Source: Acutalibacteraceae bacterium
GTDB taxonomy: Bacteria; Bacillota; Clostridia; Oscillospirales; Acutalibacteraceae
Assembly (NCBI GenBank): GCA_045655165.1
Contig: JAZOOT010000009.1
Location: forward strand, 1-57,844
Direction of reading: 5' to 3'
DNA length: 57,844 bases
The notes below the pieces were generated by a model. The model had not been told where the DNA came from. It searched no databases and worked only from the letters and a program-made list of their open reading frames with translations. Both the position numbers and the translations under genes were made by a program. This document shows, in pieces, positions 54,816 to 57,844 of the stretch. Each line of letters opens with the position of its first letter. Position 1 is the stretch's first letter.

Positions 54816-56060
54816 ATGTCAATTTTCAAAAAATTTTATATTACGCTTTATACAATTATTTGTATTCTTGCGTTAACTTTAACGGGAATTACGGGGTATT
54901 ATAACTTTTCAATTGATGAAAACTACAGTATTTCAAAAGGTTCGCACTTTGTAATTAACAGTTTAATGCCTGTTACTGCTGAATATAACGGCAGGGAAGT
55001 GAACGATTGCGCGGAATTATCTGAAATTGGCGCAAATTTAAGGGTAGACCTTAAATTGTTTGGTGTTATACCCGTAAAGCAAACAAACATAAAAGTTGTT
55101 TCTAAAACAAATGTGGCGGTTTTGGGAATACCTTTTGGTATTAAAATGTATACTGAAGGTGTTTTGGTTACCGAAATTTCTAATGTAAAAAGCAATTCGA
55201 CAAATTGTTGCCCTGCCAATGAAGCAGGAATTAAAAAGGGAGATTATGTTATTTCGGTAAATGAAATCAAAATTACAAGTAATGAAGATTTAGCGCATAT
55301 TATTGAAGATTCACTTGGTCAAAAACTTGAATTTAAAATTTTGCGCGACGGTAAATATTTGACTTTAAAACTTACACCTGTTCTTTCCGATGAAGATAAT
55401 TTGTTTAAGGCGGGTATTTGGGTTAAGGACAGTTCAGCGGGTATTGGAACACTTACGTTCTATTCGCCACAATGCAATACTGTATGCGGACTTGGCCACG
55501 CTGTTTATGATAAAGACACAGGTAATATATTAAAATTTTCAAAAGGCGAACTTGTTGGTGCAAATATTATTTATGTAAATAAAGCAGTTAGCGGTGTGCC
55601 GGGTGAACTTAAGGGTAAATTAAACTATAATTCTATTGCAAATATGAAATTAAATAATCATAACGGCGTATATGGTGATTTAAAGTGCCAAATAAACACC
55701 GAAAATATGACCGAAATTGCCCATAAAAGCGAAATTAAAAGCGGAAAAGCGGAAATCCTGTGCACAATAGATGAAAGCGGAGTGCAAAGTTTTGCTTGTG
55801 AAATTAAAGTTAAAGACCAACGCGTTAACGACACAGTTCAAAATTTAACTGTTGTAATAACAGATGAAGCACTAATAAACAAAACAGGCGGAATAGTGCA
55901 GGGAATGAGCGGAAGTCCCATAATTCAAAACGGCAAACTTATCGGCGCCGTTACCCACGTTCTCGTTGACGACCCAACAAAGGGTTACGGCATCTTTGCG
56001 GAGAATATGCTTACTACCGCGCAAAGTGTGGCGAACGAACAATTAAAAGAAGCATCATAA
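54816..56060 (+). CDS. spoIVB: SpoIVB signalling serine peptidase (S55)
   Basis: N-terminal TM, PDZ-like region, GIVQGMSGSPIIQNGKLIGAVTHVLVDDPTKGYGIF. Confidence 0.9.
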   Translation: MSIFKKFYITLYTIICILALTLTGITGYYNFSIDENYSISKGSHFVINSLMPVTAEYNGREVNDCAELSEIGANLRVDLKLFGVIPVKQTNIKVVSKTNVAVLGIPFGIKMYTEGVLVTEISNVKSNSTNCCPANEAGIKKGDYVISVNEIKITSNEDLAHIIEDSLGQKLEFKILRDGKYLTLKLTPVLSDEDNLFKAGIWVKDSSAGIGTLTFYSPQCNTVCGLGHAVYDKDTGNILKFSKGELVGANIIYVNKAVSGVPGELKGKLNYNSIANMKLNNHNGVYGDLKCQINTENMTEIAHKSEIKSGKAEILCTIDESGVQSFACEIKVKDQRVNDTVQNLTVVITDEALINKTGGIVQGMSGSPIIQNGKLIGAVTHVLVDDPTKGYGIFAENMLTTAQSVANEQLKEAS

Positions 56061-56065
56061 AAATA

Positions 56066-56092
56066 AAAAGCAAGTCAAAAAACTTGCTTTTT
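56066..56092. terminator. bidirectional intrinsic terminator
   Basis: AAAAGCAAGT / ACTTGCTTTT between the convergent spoIVB and XRE genes. Confidence 0.7.
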
Positions 56093-56093
56093 A

Positions 56094-56336
56094 TTATTCT
56101 ATACCTAATAACCAATTAACAGAAACTTTTAGAATTTTAGAAAGTTCTCTAAGTTCGTAATCTGCAACAAATCTTGTGCCAATTTCAATTCTTGAAATAC
56201 TGTCGCGTTCAATGATTATTCCGTTTATTTGCAGTTGGGCTGCCAAATCACTCTGAGTTAACCTTAATTTGCATCTCGCTTCGTGAATCCTGTTACCGCT
56301 AATATTTTTCTTTCCATTATAATCATAAATCTTCAT
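56094..56336 (-). CDS. XRE-family (HTH_3) transcriptional regulator
   Basis: 80 aa. IHEARCKLRLTQSDLAAQLQINGIIIERDSISRIEIGTR is a classic Cro/CI-type HTH. Confidence 0.8.
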   Translation of the reverse strand: MKIYDYNGKKNISGNRIHEARCKLRLTQSDLAAQLQINGIIIERDSISRIEIGTRFVADYELRELSKILKVSVNWLLGIE

Positions 56337-56379
56337 ATAACTATCATCTCCAAAAATATGTTAAAGATACGAATATATC

Positions 56380-56408
56380 TTGACATTAACATATTTTGTC
56401 GTTATAAT
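56380..56408 (+). promoter_or_regulatory. consensus sigma-A-like promoter facing the P-loop gene
   Basis: TTGACA 56380-85, 17-nt spacer, TATAAT 56403-08. Bracketed by the 11-bp direct repeat TGTTAAAGATA (56359-69, 56411-21). Confidence 0.55.
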
Positions 56409-56457
56409 TGTGTTAAAGATAAGAAATTTATCGCTAGCTATCGGGGTTTGATTTTTT

Positions 56458-56489
56458 GTGCAGCTACTTCGGTAGCCGCACTTTTTATT
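56458..56489 (+). terminator. intrinsic terminator inside the 5' leader of the P-loop gene
   Basis: GTGCAGCTAC / GTAGCCGCAC (one A-C mismatch) with TTCG tetraloop, then TTTTTATT. The ATG is at 56507. Confidence 0.55.
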
Positions 56490-56506
56490 GTTAGGGGAAA
56501 AGAGAA

Positions 56507-56980
56507 ATGAAGATAGTTGCTTTATATGGAAAGGGAAAAACTGGAAAGACACAAACCATTAATTTATTAGTTCAGTGTTTAAAGTTAAATAAAGCTACTG
56601 TCCTTATTGAAGAACGTGCGGGAAGCGAAAAAAATGACAGAAGATATGTCATAAAATACAATGAAAAAATTTTCGGAATAACAACGCGTGGTGATGATGA
56701 GCCAAGTTTAAAAGAAGACTTTGCCTGGTTTAAGAAACAATCTGAAATAGATTACATAATTTGTGCTACTCGCAGTAAAGGGAAAACTTGCGATTTTGTT
56801 GCAGGCCAAGCAAATAGCAAGGATATTTTTTGGCTCAGTAAAATTGCTTTTTGTGATGGTTATATAGATAACAAAGATTGCTCGTCAACTGTGATAGAGC
56901 AGCAAAAAACGTTTAATTGTCAGCAGGCTGCATATTTATTTAACATAATTAACATTTTATATTTTAGTGGAGGAAGATAA
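56507..56980 (+). CDS. small orphan P-loop protein
   Basis: 157 aa. N-terminal beta-strand plus Walker A: MKIVALYGKGKTGKTQT. No family recognised. Confidence 0.55.
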   Translation: MKIVALYGKGKTGKTQTINLLVQCLKLNKATVLIEERAGSEKNDRRYVIKYNEKIFGITTRGDDEPSLKEDFAWFKKQSEIDYIICATRSKGKTCDFVAGQANSKDIFWLSKIAFCDGYIDNKDCSSTVIEQQKTFNCQQAAYLFNIINILYFSGGR

Positions 56981-57844
56981 TGAAAAAATTATTATCTATA
57001 GTTTTAACTGCTTGTTTAATCATAACGGCTTGCTCAATGGGATTGTTTAATATCACCGCAAGTGCCGCAAACATTTCTAACGGTTATTACTACACCGTTT
57101 CAAATGATGAAGCATCAATAACTGGTGTTTACAGTACCCTTATAATTGGACAATATGCAAATATTCCTTCAGAAGTTGATGGATATCCAGTAACAAGTAT
57201 TGGCATTTCAGCATTTCGTGGTTTCACTAACATTAAGTGGATAAATATACCAGATAGCGTTACAAATATTGGCCCTTCAGCATTTTATGGTTGCACCGGT
57301 CTTACAAGCATAACTATAGGCAAAGGCGTAACAAGTATAGGCAATGGTGCATTTTATAATTGTTGTAATCTTACAAACATAACCATCCCAGACGGCGTAA
57401 CAAGTATAGGCGATTGTGCATTTTATCGTTGCTATAATCTTACAAATATAGCTATACCCTATAGCGTTACAAGTATAGGTGATAGAGCATTTCACGATTG
57501 CACCGGTCTTACAAGCATAACTATAGGCAAAGGCGTAACAAGTATAGGCAATAATGCATTTTATAATTGTTGCAATCTTACAAACATAACCATCCCAGAC
57601 AGTGTAACAAGTATTGGCGATTATGCGTTTAAAATGTGTACAGGCCTTACGAGTGTAACCATTCCGGAAAATGTAATAAGTATTGGTAATTCAGCATTTT
57701 ACGATTGCACTGGTCTTTCATCAGTAAATTACAATGCGATAAATTGCATAAGTATGGGGACAAGCAGTGCTCCTGTGTTCTTGGATTGTGATAAACTTGT
57801 GACAATCCATATCGGTGAAAAAGTTGAAAGTATACCAGAATACG
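56980..57844 (+). CDS. BspA-type leucine-rich-repeat (LRR_5) surface protein, 3' end outside the window
   Basis: Not in the ORF track (open at the window end). ATG 56980 (TAATG overlap, GGAGGA SD). Signal peptide MKKLLSIVLTACLIITACS. About 23-aa units IPxSVTSIGxxAFxxCxxLTSITI repeat at least 8 times. Confidence 0.8.
   Translation, partial: MKKLLSIVLTACLIITACSMGLFNITASAANISNGYYYTVSNDEASITGVYSTLIIGQYANIPSEVDGYPVTSIGISAFRGFTNIKWINIPDSVTNIGPSAFYGCTGLTSITIGKGVTSIGNGAFYNCCNLTNITIPDGVTSIGDCAFYRCYNLTNIAIPYSVTSIGDRAFHDCTGLTSITIGKGVTSIGNNAFYNCCNLTNITIPDSVTSIGDYAFKMCTGLTSVTIPENVISIGNSAFYDCTGLSSVNYNAINCISMGTSSAPVFLDCDKLVTIHIGEKVESIPEY
57292..57624 (+). repeat. near-identical roughly 125-nt segments repeated with 207-nt offset inside the LRR gene
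   Basis: 57292-57417 versus 57499-57624 (ttgcaccggtcttacaagcataactataggcaaaggcgtaacaagtataggcaat...), with only scattered substitutions. Confidence 0.8.

Noticed and set aside
1-56000. A hidden defence, toxin-antitoxin or mobile-element island in the core region
   Set aside because: Gene content is contiguous housekeeping and sporulation. I found no integrase, transposase, recombinase, nuclease-helicase pair or other typical defence signature. Only the tRNA-Leu flank and the right edge look accessory.
57277-57495. 72-aa minus-strand ORF with repetitive CTIAYTCYA units
   Set aside because: It is the antisense shadow of the LRR repeats on the plus strand. The repetition mirrors the sense-strand units.
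57000-57844. CRISPR-like periodic repeats
   Set aside because: The periodicity is 69 nt and its multiples, and it is coding (23-aa LRR units with conserved protein motifs). There is no repeat-spacer structure and there are no cas genes.

Overview
AT-rich, tightly packed chromosomal segment from a spore-forming, low-GC Firmicute with Clostridia-like gene order. It is mostly core housekeeping. Left to right: pyrH-frr-uppS-cdsA-dxr-rseP-ispG-polC; an M23 peptidase; putP; a P-type ATPase; prmA-prfB; yunB; tRNA-Leu; murI-DUF1934-argS; trmB; radical SAM genes; a nagA-kinase operon; two tRNA-Ser; a SpoIVFA/FB-like M23+M50 pair; TIGR03960/DUF2344; tRNA-Pro; rpsU (missing from the ORF track); yqeG-like; pepP-efp; ispD-ispF; rsuA; msmX-like; PucR-ftsE-ftsX-M23-VanZ; sigG-ylmC-spoIVB. 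I saw no CRISPR array, transposase, integrase or recognisable defence island. Two small accessory patches exist. The first (24.6-27.4 kb) holds tRNA-Leu, a decayed deacetylase fragment, a Cys-rich unknown and a GH2 hydrolase. The second (56.1-57.8 kb, cut by the window edge) holds an XRE regulator, an orphan small P-loop protein behind a leader terminator, and a BspA-type LRR surface protein. The most unusual observations are: a PolC whose proofreading exonuclease insertion appears to be cleanly absent; WalR-type direct-repeat boxes in front of two M23-hydrolase operons; hairpins that sequester the ribosome-binding sites of sigG and spoIVB, with sigG lacking a canonical start at proper spacing; and a P-type ATPase with degenerate catalytic motifs. 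I did not find a convincing multi-gene novel system. The best candidate is the truncated XRE/P-loop/LRR module at the right edge, and that call is tentative. All family assignments come from reading motifs by eye, with no searches run.
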